Program-made: the position numbers and the translations under genes
Notes under the pieces: model-generated
The model's database searches: none
Seen by the model: the letters and a program-made list of their open reading frames with translations, nothing else
Told to the model about the DNA's origin: nothing
NCBI RefSeq assembly: GCF_009914755.1
Contig: NC_060925.1
Strand: one strand, 5' to 3'
DNA: 64,000 nucleotides
DNA from: the human T2T-CHM13v2.0 reference genome, Homo sapiens
Shown here: piece by piece, positions 14,890-28,439 of the stretch
How positions within the stretch are numbered: the stretch's first letter is position 1
Layout: every line of letters starts with the position of its first letter

Positions 14890-17105
14890 AAAAGAAAGAT
14901 AAATTTGATTATATAAGAATGTAAGTCTCCTGCACAGCCATAAATATTAATTAAACAATATAAGATAAATAACAAATAGGGGAGTAATTTACCCCACTAG
15001 ACAACAGGGTTAATTTTCTTAATATATAACAATCTCCTTGAATAGCAATAAAATGTATAAACAACCAAATACAAAATAGGCAAAGAAGGAAACATGCAAT
15101 TAGTCAATGACCATGAAAAGATGCTTAAACTTATATAGTTAAAGAAATGCCACTGACTTATCATTTTTCACTAACTGGCATAATTAAAAATCTTGATGTA
15201 ATGTTGGTAAGAATATGGGGAAAAACTGTTGGTGGGAGTATAATTTGAGACAGCTTTTCCGGAAGGGAATTGGCAGTATTTATTGTAACCTATTAGTAAT
15301 GTCTGCAATATCTGGTAGGGTGTGAACATTGAGTTCCATTAGCAGAAATAAAGTATTCCTGGAGTTACAGGATAAAGCACTTATCAAACCACACAGAGTC
15401 CAAATCATGCAAATCAGAAGGCTTCCTCTCTAATCACCTTATTAATCCCCTCTCTTAGCTTCCTCCACAGCTGGTCTTTTTATCTTTCAGGTCTTTCCCA
15501 GGTTTGCAGCTTCCACGTTCTCGGTTCTACTCAGTTCTCCTTTGGTAGGAGCCTGTTTTGTTCTTTGGACCTTGGGCTTTAGTGGAGGGGAGGGGTCCTT
15601 AGGACCTTCACAGTGAAAATGTACTCAGTAATAAAACATTTCCCTTGCTGATTTTGACTACTACTTATAATTCAAATGTGCTATGCTAATAGAACCTCCC
15701 TCTTAGTGTGCAAGAGAGAAAATGAAGGAGGAATGAAAAATTATAATCAATTACAATATAAAGTGGCCCAGAATTGACAGATGGAGGAATCTATTCCATG
15801 GATGTACTTGCAACAGTATCTGAAGATACATCTGAGAAAGTAATTGAAACTTTGTAATTGCAGAACATAAAATGTAAATAGCCGTAAATAGACAACCGAC
15901 AAAATAAAGCATGGTGAATTTCTAACTGGAATACTATGCGATCCTTAAGAATGGGGCAGATCTTCCATTATGCTCTAATAGAAAGTTACCTAGAATACAA
16001 AAGAATCTCATCTTCTTCAATGTGGAGATTTAAAAAAAAAAGCCTTTGGCCAACTTAAATATACATGCTTTTAGAATCATAAATGAAATTATTGAATGTT
16101 TACTTATATTTAATTTATTAATCTAGTTACACATTCACATTTAAGATTGCATATCATATAACCTATTACTTCAGAAATATTTCTACTTTTTGCATTTCTT
16201 GAATCAGTATTATATGAATACTTCACATACATTTTTGACATTAGTCTTTTACAAGCTGGAGCTGCTTTCTGAGTCATCTGATACATATTTTTTCAGAGTA
16301 CATTTTCCTTATTTCCATCTGTTACTTGAGATACAGCATTTGTTGACCCACATATGATGCTATCACTGGCAATTTTATCACAAACTACAAGTACCCATTC
16401 ATAGAACATCAGTAAAACTGTTTTATTAAGATTCATTCTGTAGGGCTGTATGTTGGATCTCACAACACAACTACTTATTCTGTTGCTTTGTAAATAATCT
16501 TTGAAAGGCTTGTTTTTACAATTTTAAGCTTGAAGCTTTTTGTCTTACTCCAAGAAATAAAGACTAATCTGTGATAAATTTATTTTCCCCTTTTAATCAA
16601 TGTCACAGGTGACCACAATAGGTATACAAACTCATGTTGACCGAGATTGTTTCAGGCTAATGTGTCTTTCCCAAACAATAATCTTTAGTTCAAAATTAAG
16701 TAATAAAGAAAGCTTCTCATAATCTCAGAGACTTTGCAAAGACCTGGTGATAATTACCTTTCTTTTCTGAAAGATAATTTTAGCAGAGTAACCTCATCAT
16801 TTACTCAGGCATTTGTGGAATGTATATAGATGTACACTCAAGTATTCAAGATATATTCTGAAGTAAAAGGACAGATTGTAGAATAGTATTTACAGTGAAC
16901 CCATTTGTAGAAAATAAAAAGGCTACACCAGTAAATGTTATCTATAATTATATGTAACTACATATTCATAAACCCTTCCTGGAATAATACATTGTGATTA
17001 ATCCTAAGGTAGTGGGGGGAAGACCCCAGGAGGAGGAGGAAGACTGGAATGTTTTCTCTTTTTACCCTTGTTCCAATGTTGTCAGTGATGTATTAAATGA
17101 AAATT
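14890..17105 (+). mobile_element. Fragmented old L1 (L1ME-like) 3' region; pieces at about 14890-15290, 15780-16000 and 16810-17105
   Basis: Degenerate L1 3' motifs: AAATAGGCAAAG, CATGAAAAGATGCTTAAAC, TGTTGGTGGGAGTATAATT, GGAATACTATGC. Confidence 0.6.
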
Positions 17106-17779
17106 GGTTTTAAAATACATGCCTTTCCTTTTACTTCCTCCCCTCTCCCTCCCCCTACAAGCTATTTCTCATTTGGAGTTTTGCTTGCTATTATCTTGAG
17201 CCAAATTAAACCAGTGATCTCCTGATGGAAAAGGCCAGAGCCTGTTCAATGACTCCAGCCCCTTTCCTGTCCATTCTCCTCTGGAGCCATCACCAAAGCC
17301 CTGGTCACACTCTGTAATTTGTAAATCCTGAAATTGTGGTTTGCAAGGCAAATGATTCAGAGCAAGGGCTTTATCCCGGGATCTTATCCTCCTAGTTGCA
17401 CAAAAACAAACACCAGGGACAAGAAAATTCCTTCCTTCCTTCCTTCTTTCTTTTTTCGTCTTCTCTTTTTATTCTGGGTAAAGGGAGCTAAAAAGCAGGA
17501 GAGGAGGTCAGTTTGTGGAAAATGAACTGAAGGAAGTGAATTGTAAGAGATGGGTCAAAGAAAGAAAAAAAACCACGCCTAATAAGGAAGCTAACTGCAG
17601 TTTTTCCAAATAAATTAAACGAAAGATAAAGAGGCAGGCTATCAAGGCAGCCTAAATAAGGACACCTCAAAAGGAAGAACGAGGAACAAAGCTTCAGAAG
17701 CTTCAACAGGAGAACAAAGAGGAAGAGGAAGCGGTGTTTAATGAGTGCACAGTATGAAGCCGGAGGCTGACTGCTTTGG

Positions 17780-18280
17780 TTTGCTGTTAGAATCTCCAGC
17801 TAACAGTGCCTAAACAATAAAAGTTTATTTCTTCTTAAGACAAGCAGTCTGGATATAGGCAGTCACTGGAATTGATTCAACAAATCAATGAAATCAGAGC
17901 TCCTGATCAGTTCAGCAATTTCTGTGATACTTTTCTCCTCTTCAATGTTCCCACGTTCTGAGACGGCTGCAGCAGCATCAAGCATCACATACTCCCACAA
18001 TCCACTTTCAAAGCCTTGAGACAAAGGGCAACACAGGCCAGTGTTGCTCCTCCTGTGCGCCTCTTATCAGGAAAAAAAATATCTTTCTCAGAGCCCCACA
18101 GCAGCCTCCCTTTATATCTCATGGGCCATAGCTCTGTCACAAGCTCACCCTGTTCCAGGGATTGCCTCTACCTATTTGAGATCAAGGGATCTCTTCCTGT
18201 TACCTAAAGAAAAATTAGAGCACTGTTAATTAGCAAGAAAAGGTGATGTCTTGGAAAAAGCAGCCAACAACTTCTGCCAC
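17780..18280 (-). mobile_element. Old MaLR LTR fragment (MLT1J/K-like)
   Basis: AACAGTGCCTAAACAATAAAAGTTTATTTC...GGCTGCAGCAGCATCAAGCATCACAT resemble MLT1 segments; heavily diverged. Confidence 0.5.
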
Positions 18281-18332
18281 ATTAAATAATCTCCATAAAC
18301 CACCTTTTGAGGTAACTATTATTATTGCCATT

Positions 18333-18748
18333 TGAATTAGTTTGCTAGGGTTGCCAAAGAAAAAGACCACAAACTGGGTGCCTGAAACATCAGAAGTTTA
18401 TTGTCTCATAGTTCTGAAGACTAGAAGTCCAAAATCTGGATGTCAGCAGAGTTGGTTCTTTCTGAGGGCTGTGAGGGGCAGATTTGCTCTAGACCTCTCT
18501 CTTTGGCTTGTTAATGAGTCTTTTCACTATATCTCTTCACATAATCTTCCTTCTCTGCATGTCTGTGTCCAGATTTCCTCCTTTTATAGAGACAGCAGTC
18601 AGATTGGATTAAGGCCCATCCTAACAACCAAGTAAGTTAACAATTTCAACTTAATTACCTCTATAAAGACCCTATCTCCACTTTCTGAAGTTGGGGGGTA
18701 AGTATTTAGACGTATAAATTTTAAAAGGGCACAATTCAACCTGTAACA
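18333..18748 (-). mobile_element. MaLR solo LTR, MLT1B/C-like, nested in a MIR
   Basis: TGAATTAGTTTGCTAGGGTTGCC...GGCACAATTCAACCTGTAACA; perfect TSD CCATT (18328-18332 / 18749-18753); MIR halves on both sides. Confidence 0.9.
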
Positions 18749-20019
18749 CCATTGTACAGAAGAAACCGGGTAGTAGAGATTAGATAACTTGCCCAAGACC
18801 ACAGTAGCTCCAAACGTACACCTGCCTTACAACAAACTTGTGTTCTTTCCACCATAACACAAGAAAACAAAAGTTAATAAGTGAGAAATAGAGTGAATGA
18901 ACAATATTAAAATATTTCTAATGCATATGACAGAGGTGTAGGACTATTATAAGGATGTGTGGGCAAAAATACAGATTTTCAGCTAAAACATTTTAATTCG
19001 TATCTCAGTGTAGGTAAGGTTGAAATTAAGAGTTGTACGCTAAATAACCTGAAACGGAACTTACAAGTTGGGTGCTTTAAGCTCTATACACCAAAATCAA
19101 TGAAGCCATGAAAAGAATATAAGGAAGGGGGCAGAGAGGATAACTGGCTGGCCAGCACTGTCAGCAAGCAGGATTTGCCAAAGAGAAAGTCATCCAATGG
19201 CAACACCTCTCTCAGAGCTCACTCTCTTGCCTTCACTTCTTTGTTCTGAATGTGTGTCCCACTGATTCTCGCATTCCTACAAACTTGCATCCTGACTGCC
19301 CAACTCCCCTCCATTTGGCTTAGCTCTGCCGCAGTCAGGCAGGAAGAACGCCCACTGGGGCCTGCTCATTTGCTTTTACAGTTTTATACCACTGCAACTT
19401 GCTATGCCTCTCTTTCCCACATCTAGGGCACCCTTTAGATAGGAATGCTGGGTTCATTCCTGCTGAGGTGTTACTGACTGGTAATAGCAAAATCTGTTCC
19501 TGTCTTGCAGGATGAATGTGTACTTTTACAGAGAATACAGTCTCAATTCAAAGAATTCTTAATATTTTTTTCCCACAAAGTGGGTAGTCTAATAAGATGT
19601 AGAGGAGAAGGAGCTTTGAGAAAGCTGGAGAAGTCTTGAAATCTGGACAAGTGTGCTAGACACTGTTAGTGACTGCCTGCTCTAAACATTCTGTTCATTG
19701 CAGTAGCAATAGTAGTAGTAGTAATCAGCTGAAATGTGTGTTTGGTCCTAATCAGGACTGAATAATCTGGAAAGTCTTTACAAACTCGGCTCAACCATCC
19801 CCTCTTCCAGAAGGCTTCCCTGACTACATCTTGTTCACTTTCTGGGTTGGTTGTCCTCTATGGCATCCTCACAGTTCCCTATCCATTCTAATGCATTGTC
19901 ACTGTTGGTTTATTGGACATTCTTCCCCAGGCAACCACAAACTTTTCAGAGGAAGGAACTGGGTTTTTTATCTCTATATGGCAAGTACCAAGCCCAGAAC
20001 CTGGCATGTTGCTGATATT

Positions 20020-20467
20020 TGTATTAGGTTCCTAGGCTGCCATAGAAAATTCGGTGGCTTAAAACAACAGAAATTTATTCTGTCACAGTTCTGGAGACCA
20101 GAATTCAGAAATCAAGGTGTCAGCAATGTTGGTTTCTTCTGGAGGCTCTGAGAGGCAATGTGTCCCATGCCTTTCTCCTAAATTCTATGGCTGCTGACTA
20201 CACCTGGCATTCCTTGGCATAAAGCAGTGTAACTCCCATCTCTGCCTCCTTCTTCACATGGAATTTCCCTGTGTGTCTTTTTATCTGTTTCTTCTTCTCT
20301 TATAAGAACTTGTGATTGGATTTAAGGCCCACCCTAATCCAGGGTTATATCATCTAATAATGATCCTTACCTTAATTACATCTGCAAAGGCCTTTATTCC
20401 ATGTAAGACGACATTCTGAGGTTCTGGGTGGACATAGTTTTGGGGAGCCACCATTCAACCTGATACA
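20020..20467 (-). mobile_element. MaLR solo LTR, MLT1C-like, nested in an L2 3' end
   Basis: TGTATTAGGTTCCTAGGCTGCC...GGCTTAAAACAACAGAAATTTATTC...CCATTCAACCTGATACA; perfect TSD ATATT. Confidence 0.92.
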
Positions 20468-21122
20468 ATATTGAATAAGTATCTGGGGAATAAATAAATG
20501 AACAGTCAACATGGCTCCAATATCTAGTGTGAAGAATTATACTTTCATACCACATGAAAGTAATCTGTATTTAAAGTATACAAGAAACCCAACTGATGCT
20601 CGAGGAACCTTTATATGCTTGTGTTAAATGGTAAGACTAAGTTACTTTGGGCTTTCACTGTATAGAGTCTTAGATTTGAAAGAACCTAATGTGTTCTTTG
20701 GCCCTGGAATGTGATAGATCATATTAAAGTGAGGTTTTAATATTGTAAGATTTATATGATTTGCTATTTGAGCTTTTCTAAACTATTAAGTAGTAGTATC
20801 TATTAGTGTCAATACTAGGTATTCAGTTATTTTAATAAGAAGCATATTAATAGGATCACATGCACTGTCATTTTTTTCTATCGTACTTCAGATGTGGCCT
20901 CATTCAAGGATAGAGCAGTCAGAGGCTTCCAGTATTTCTCTCTCATACGGTAATTTCACACTTGAAACTCAGCATACACAATGAGGAAATAGATATCTTT
21001 CCGTCATAGTCCTGCTAAACAGAAAACAATTCTCTATTAGTTAATGTGGCCAAATATTTTCTGGTACCTAGTAGAAGCATTATTTTTAGTAGCGATAGAA
21101 GCAGGAAATGGGAAGCCAAAGC

Positions 21123-21415
21123 TTTTTTTTTTTTTCAGACAGAGTCTCGCTCTGTCACCCAGGCTGGAGTGCAGAGGCGCGGTCTCAGCTCACTGCAACC
21201 TCTGCCTCCCGGGTTCAAGCAATTTCCTGCCTCAGTCTCCCGAGTAGCTGGGACTACAGGTGCGTGCCACCATGCCCAGCTAATTTTTTGTATTTTTACT
21301 AGAGATGGGGTTTCACCATGTTGGCCAGGATGGTCTCGATCTCCTGACCTAGTGATCCACCCACCTTGGCTTCCCAAAGTGCTGGGATTACAGGCATGAG
21401 CCACTGCGCCTGGCC
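21123..21415 (-). mobile_element. Alu, AluSc-like
   Basis: Full dimer; TTGGCCAGGATGGTCTCGATCTCCTGACCT.GTGATCC diagnostic. Confidence 0.93.
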
Positions 21416-23261
21416 ACCAAAACTATTTTTAAAATTTGGGTATATGTCAAATAGCATTTAGACATTAATCAAACTACAGCTTGTCCTACATCATCAATTA
21501 TTGACACCACAGGGAATGATTGTCATTCACTTATAAATAGCTCCAAGCAAAACCTAGACAGGGTCCAGAATGGCAAGACTCAGTCTAACTTTAGAATTTT
21601 ATTTCCAAAGAAGCAAAGATCTCAATAAGTTTGGAAGTAGAATCACCTCAACATCCCTGGAGAAGCAGATCTAGTCCCTCTGGCTGTGCATTGCTTGAAA
21701 TGCAGTGTTGTATCATATATTAAAACACTGAAAATGGAGTTCAGCATGGAGAGCCCTAGGCTACACTATCATGAATCTTTCACCTTTGCTAATCTTAAAG
21801 TCAGAAATAATTTTAAAATAGATGCATGGGGCAACGTGTGCATGGGGAAAGTGGGTGCAGCTTAAATTTCAGTGCCAGGAACAGTGTCGATTTGGCCATT
21901 CATACCTGTCAATAGCTGCTGAGGGTAACCTTCTTATTTAACTGCAGAGAAAAAAAAAGATGAAATATGTTCATCTCCTACCTTGAGACATAATCATTAT
22001 TTAATAAGGCACTATATATGAAACATGGGCTTTATTTGACACATGATATGCTAATAAGCTCCAGAATATTGCTAGGCTCTTTGAAATGGAGGCTGTGAGA
22101 TCATGATAGTCAGTCGCTTGTTTACAATACATGTAGAACCCTTTACTCTGCTGAATCTTGAGGCCCTTGCAAATTTGTATTAGCTGATGTCTACGTGGTG
22201 CAGGGAAAGCAACCATTTCTGGTACTACTGACATATGACAGAAGTGATATTGCATTAAAATGGAAAAGAAAGAGAAGACTCATATCCCAGGAAGGAAGGA
22301 ATCTGGGCCTGTCTCAGGCAAAACTGTGAATTAAATGAAAGATCTCTAAAACTTCATATCTTGGCCTAATGGTCACTTTTTTCTTTCAGTGGTCTGCTTA
22401 AGCAGATTTTAATTGCCCTGAGGCTTTCTTTCCCTGGCTGTGTGCATCTTCCCAGTCACCTTTGCTGAGGTTATCAACATAGCAAAACCCTCCCTAGGTT
22501 GTGCCACATGCTCCAGACTTTCCCAACCCATTTCTCAAAAATATCAAGTAATTACTGCGTTTGGTTCCATATTGGGGGATTTATCTAGGAATATATCGAC
22601 ATGCTTTTCTTTCCAAGACACATTTATACTTGAAGGTAGACTGCGAAGTTTTATTCCAAAGGAGACACTAATAAAGGGCGTTTCAGGTTCCAGGCAGGTG
22701 CCTTGGCTAGTGAAAAGAGGCAGACCGCGGTAGACAATATGTCTAAAGAAGCTTGGATCAGATGACAACACTCAAATCATGTCACAAAGGCAATCAGCTG
22801 TCACCTCTCCATGTAGGGAAGGCCGTGGAGAAATGACTGGAAGTCAATAGAAGTAAATATATATGAATGTTGACATAGTGGAGTGGAGCCTTGGAGCATG
22901 AGTGAAATAGCAGAAATAAATATTTAAAGTGAACATTTCTTTGGGAACAATGAAAAGTGACATGCAGTTGAGCTCTGGCAGAAGTTTTCAGAAAGAAGCA
23001 AGCAGGATCAAACACATGCCTCTGCTGTTCATTATTTCACAAACAGACAAAACTCAAATTCTGACTAGTCCAGAGCTATATCGCTCAGGAGCTGCTGCTA
23101 GCTTCAATCCTGTTGGTCCTAAGTATAAGGTAGGTGAACTTGGAGGGAGAGGTCGCTGGAGGAGGTAATATGGTCAAGTAACCAGTGACACAGCTCAAGA
23201 AATCATCTTTATTGGACATATTTATTCTTTTCACTTCTTTTTTCCTTTTCTTTTTTAAAAT

Positions 23262-24062
23262 AAAACAGCTTTATTAGGATATAATTCACATGCTATATAA
23301 TTTACCCATTTAAAGTGTATAATTCAATGGCTTTTAGTATATTCAGAGTTGTGCAATCATTCTCACAATCAATTTTAGGACACTTTCACCACTCCAAAAT
23401 TAAGCCGCATACCTCTTAGCCAACACCTCTCAGGCCCCCCAACACTTGCTGGGCCCTTGAAACCACCAATCTACTTTCTGTCTCTATAGGTTTGCCTATT
23501 CTGGCTATTCCATATAAATGCACTGATAAATATGTGGTCTATTGTGAGTGACGTAATGTTTTCAAGGTTCGTCTGTATTGTAGCATGTATCTGTACTTCA
23601 TTCATTTTTATGGCTAAGTTATACTCTGTCATATTATGGAAATACCACAGTTCATTTATCCACTCATCCTCTGACAGACATTTGGGTTATTTCTACTTTT
23701 TGGCTATTATTATCATGTGGTTATGAACATTCCTTTACAACTCTTTGTGTGGACACAGGTTTTCCTTTCTCTTGGGTAAATACCTAGAAGTGGAATTGTT
23801 AGGTCATATGAGAATTTTATGTGTAGGCTTTTGTGGAAGTGCTAGACTGTTTTTCAAAGCAGCTGTACCCTTATACATTCTCACCAGCAGTGTACAAGGG
23901 TTCCAATTTCTCCACATTCTAACCAATATTTGCTATTACTTGTCTTTTTTATTATAGCCATCCTAGTGGATGTGAAGCAGCACCTCACTGTGGTTTTGAT
24001 TTGGACTTTCCTGTTGGCTAATAATGTTGAGCGTCTTTTCATGTGCTTATTGGCTCCTTTCA
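23262..24062 (-). mobile_element. L1MB-like 3' end
   Basis: ACAGCTTTATT.GGATATAATTCACAT..., ACCACCAATCTACTTTCTGTCTCTAT; minus-strand translation ANKHMKRRSTLL...QIKTTVR resembles the ORF2 C-terminus. Confidence 0.88.
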
Positions 24063-24096
24063 CTTCTTTACCTTGACTAGTAGACTCGCCTTAGAT

Positions 24097-24399
24097 CAGC
24101 GGTTTCCAACCTTTTTGGCACCAGGGACTGGTTTCATGGAAGAAAAATTTTCCATGAGGTGTGGATGTGGGGGATAGCGTTAGATTCTCATAAGGAGTGC
24201 ACAACCTAGATCCGTCGCACGCAGAGTACACAACAGGATTCGTGCTCCTGTGAGAATCTAATGCTGCTGCTGATCTGACAGGAGATGGAACTCAGGCAGT
24301 AATGCTCGCTTGCCCACCGCTCACCTACTGCTGTGTTGCCCAGTTCCTAACAGGCCAGGGACAGGTACCGGTCTGTGGCCCTAGGGTTAGGGACTCCTG
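24097..24399 (+). mobile_element. MER1B-like hAT-Charlie MITE
   Basis: Terminal inverted repeats CAGCGGTTTCCAACC / GGTTAGGGACTCCTG; 8-bp TSD CCTTAGAT/CCTTAGAG. Confidence 0.92.
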
Positions 24400-25549
24400 C
24401 CTTAGAGGAATTTGGCCCACTACTATAGTTATATAATGACAGGAAAATTTCAACATTCTAATCTCTGTGGACAGGACAGCTCCCAGAGTCTGCACAGAAA
24501 GACCTAGGAAGGCAGCATCGTGTTTGAAGTTCGGCACCTGGGACCCAGTATTGCTGAAGCATAACCCCCCGGAGTCTACCCCTACAGCCCCAGTGTTGCT
24601 GAGGAAGGCATCCAAAGAGACTTCGGGAAGGGTAGTCAGAGAATGCAGAGAGCTTCACAGCAAGCACCAGCCAGGGGCTTAGCTGGACCCCAGGTTTCTA
24701 GGTGATCATCAGGTAGCATATACTCTGTGATCTTCTTTCATCCTCCCCATTTATTCTCTACAGTTTTACAGCTACCGGAACACACTGTCACTTTTACATT
24801 ATGGAAAAGTTGAAAATATTCAGCTGATTTCTGAGAAACTGGGCATATTTCTCATTGAAGAACCAATAAGAAAATTTTTTGTCACATCAAAGTAGACATA
24901 AATTTCCAGGATAAACCAGATGGTGAGTTTAGAGTGTCAACTTAGTAAGGACAATATGCATTTAGAATAAATACTTTACCAAGTAGGACAGAATAGGCTA
25001 GGTCTGGGATGCTTCTAACATGAGTCTAAGAGTTGAACAGCTTGTCATTTTTCAACTCGTCGATAAATGGGAATGGAATTATTTATTCTGGAAACACCAA
25101 CAGAGTTGTTCGTCAATTGTTGATGTAGTGTAAAATGATTTTAATGCTTGTGGTCTAAGAAAGTATCTCTATCACTCAGTGCAGTCTAGGACAAATAAAC
25201 AGGCAAACAAACAGGAAAACACAAATTGGAAGATAAATAAAAGGGGCAGCAGGCAGTGAGTAGTTGTTACCTAATTTGCATTCAAAGAATGGTTTAAAGA
25301 ATATTGGCAGGAATCCAGTAAACTAGTTTGAGTCAGATGAACTTCATATTAAGAATGGGTGGAAATGTATAATATTGGGGTTTGGCTGATGCTACAGGAT
25401 TTTCTTGGTCAGAATCATAAAAAGATAGAGAAGCCATGCTAATTCTGACACTTTGAAATGTAAGAGCAGTTCTTGAGGTATTGAATCTACATGAAAGGGA
25501 TGGAATAAACTGGAAATGATTTATACCAACGAGATTTGAGTTAGGGGAA

Positions 25550-25983
25550 TGTGTTAGTTTTCTATTGCTGCTATAACAAATTATCACCAACTTTGTGGTT
25601 TAAAACAACACAAAGTTATTTTATACAGTTCGAAGTTAGAAGTCTAAAATGGGTTGTTAGGGCTGCATTCCTTCTGGAAGATCCAAGGGAGAATCTATTT
25701 CTTTTTCCAGCAAAAAATGCAAGACTGCCTACATCCTTGGCTCACGGCCCCACTCCACCAATTTCTGCTTCCATTCTCACATATCTTTTCCTCACATTGC
25801 TGTTTCTCTATTTCTCTTTTAAGGACCCCCATGGTTACATTGGGCCAGAATAATCCTTCAAATTCAAGATCCTTAATTTAATTGCACCTATGAAGTCCTT
25901 TTTGGCATGTAAAGCAACATATTCACAGGTTTCAAGTATTAGAGTGGGGATATCTTTAGGGAGCTATTATTCTATCTAACACA
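25550..25983 (-). mobile_element. MaLR solo LTR, MLT1C/D-like
   Basis: TGTGTTAGTTTTCTATTGCTGCTATAACAAATTA...TTATTCTATCTAACACA; perfect TSD GGGAA. Confidence 0.9.
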
Positions 25984-26612
25984 GGGAAAAAAAGGATTTT
26001 CTCAGTCCTTTAAGTATCAGCCTGGCGGTGACAGAAAGTAAGTGTTTGTTTTCTGAGGGCTGAGACTGATCCTGTAGGGCACAGTTAAAACATAGTGGTT
26101 CTGCCCTGAAGTGTCATCTGCTGCTGATGAAATCAAAGGCTTGGATGGCATAGCTTTTCCCTGTTAGAGTAAGTAATCACAGCATTAATAGGTAGGACAT
26201 GATTTAACCCACAGCATACTAGGAGCTCTGGCCAACAACTTTAAAATGGGTCTTCACCATTTGGAGGCATGATTATGAGCTAAAAATACTACGTGTAAGA
26301 TATTGTGGCCTTTGATTTCTACCCTTCACCAAAAATATCTTGAGGACTTTGTGCCAGGTGGGTGCTAGGAAAAAAAAAAATGAGACACAGCCTTTGCAGT
26401 CTAGAAGCCAGCAGCCAGTTATTACACATAAAACACAAGAACATATTATATAGGAACAATAGAGTGAGGTATGGAACCAGAGAGACGGAACCTAGAAGGA
26501 TGGTCCAAGAAGTAGAAAGTGAAGACAGAGTATAGTGGACCCAAGAATAATAATAACAACAGACAGTTATATGGTGTTTCCTCTAGGCTATGCACTATCT
26601 CAGATCTGTACA

Positions 26613-26985
26613 CAGATGCTCCTTGACTTATGATGGGGTTATATTTGGATAAACCCATTGGAAGTTGAAAATAGTGGAAGTCAAAAATGCATTCAATACT
26701 GTACACCTAAATTACCAAACATCATAGCTAAACCTGGCTTACCGGAAACATGCTCAGAACACTTAAATTAGCCTACGGTTGGACAAAAATCACTAAGCAC
26801 AATGTGCATTTTATGATGAAGTGATGAATGTCTCATGTAATCTGTTAAATACTGTACAGGAAGTGAAAACCAGAATGGTCGTATGAGTGCTCAAAGTACA
26901 GTTTCTACTGAATGCATGTTGCTTTTGCATAATCATAAAATTAAAAAAACTGTAGGTCAAACCATCATAAATTGGGGACTATCTG
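26613..26985 (+). mobile_element. MER47A-like TcMar-Tigger MITE
   Basis: Terminal inverted repeats CAGATGCTCCTTGACTTATGATGG / CCATCATAAATTGGGGACTATCTG followed by TA; about 370 bp. Confidence 0.88.
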
Positions 26986-27039
26986 TATGTATTAACTCAT
27001 TTAATCCTCATAACCCAAGCCTGGTAAATTGGCTTCCCA

Positions 27040-27645
27040 GATGGGGTTTCTCAAACACATCTCTATTTTCCCTCCCAGCTGTTACCACTGTAGTTCAGGG
27101 ACATCAGGGTCTTTTGCCAAAGCTTCCTATCTAGTGTCCCTGCCCTCTACTCTTATCCTACACCAAAGTGATCCATTTATAAAGTAAATCTAACTGTGTG
27201 ACTTAAAACCCTTCAAATCTTGCTCAGAAGAGAGCTGACATCCTTTAACTCTCATTTGAAGCCCTCAAGTGTCTGACCTCAGTCCTCCTCTCTGACCTCA
27301 CCTCCACCTTCTCTTTTCCACCCACTCTCATCAGTTACAATCCAGAAAGAGTGGATTCCGCCTCCTGGCAGGCAGCTGTGCTGTTTCAGGCCCATGGACC
27401 TGCCTCCACCTTTTACCTTCCCCCACTCACTAACTCCTGCTGCTGCTCACATCCCTAGCCTGTGTGCGGTGCCCCTCCCCTTTCCTCCCACAGTGACCTG
27501 AGCACAGCTCAGGTATTTATGCCTCTGTTCTCCCCGGTAGGTTTAAAGATTCTTTAGAGCAAAGATACAGAATTTTCATCTTCCCTTTTCCAGCCCTTGT
27601 GCAGTACCTGGCACATAAAAGCCATTCAGCCAATGTTTGTTAAAT
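27040..27645 (+). mobile_element. L2 fragments
   Basis: CTTAAAACCCTTCAA, CAGTACCTGGCACATA...AATGTTTGTTAAAT; L2 3'-type sequence. Confidence 0.6.
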
Positions 27646-28439
27646 TCAGCTAAACTGAGCAGGAAACGTCTCCCTTGTGTGTGGCTGTGCCTTTTTGCCA
27701 TTCAGAGAGAGGCAGTACAATCATGGTGATTTGAGGACACTTAAAAATGGAAAGGGCTCCACATCGAAGGCCTCTTGAATATAGTGAAAATGAATATCAA
27801 AATCAATATGCCGTTCAGTTTAGGGATATGAATAAATGATTTCAAATGAATTCAATTTTCCTCTCAACATTAAGTGGTGAAGGAAAATAAATTATTGGAT
27901 AATGTATTTGAAGTAATAGCTCTCTTCTAACTGTTCCTACAATTTGTTGTTACTTGTCTTTGGACCTCTGTGTGTCATGTGATACTGTGTGTCATGGCGA
28001 TCTGAGAAATATTTATCTCTCCTCACCTTCTAAAGGTCAGAGACTGTATCTTAGGATCCAAGTTTGGAATTATTTCCTGACATTAATCTCTTCTTCCTCT
28101 GTGCTCCCATAACATAATTTCTTCTTTTTAAATGGTTGTTTTAAAGAGAAAAATGTCGTACTTGAATATTTTGATTTTTATGGGGGAAAAATTTACTACT
28201 ATGAAAAACATAGAATAAAACTATGTGAAAGAACGCCTCCATTTCTCCTTCAAACCCACACTGCTGTCCACAGGTAATCCCTAATAAGAGTCTGTTCCTT
28301 TTTCTATGCATGTATGCATCCATGCATACACCATGTATTTATGTGTTGTTTTTTGTTGCTTCTTGTTAGTAGATAAAATTAAAATTATACTCTCAGTATT
28401 ATTCTACCACTTGAGTTTTTTTAAGATGATACTTCTAAA

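Noticed and set aside
21044-21404. ORFs over Alus and microsatellites (also 10349-10764, 37195-38050, 41602-42037, 61730-62142)
   Set aside because: Translations of repeats, not genes.
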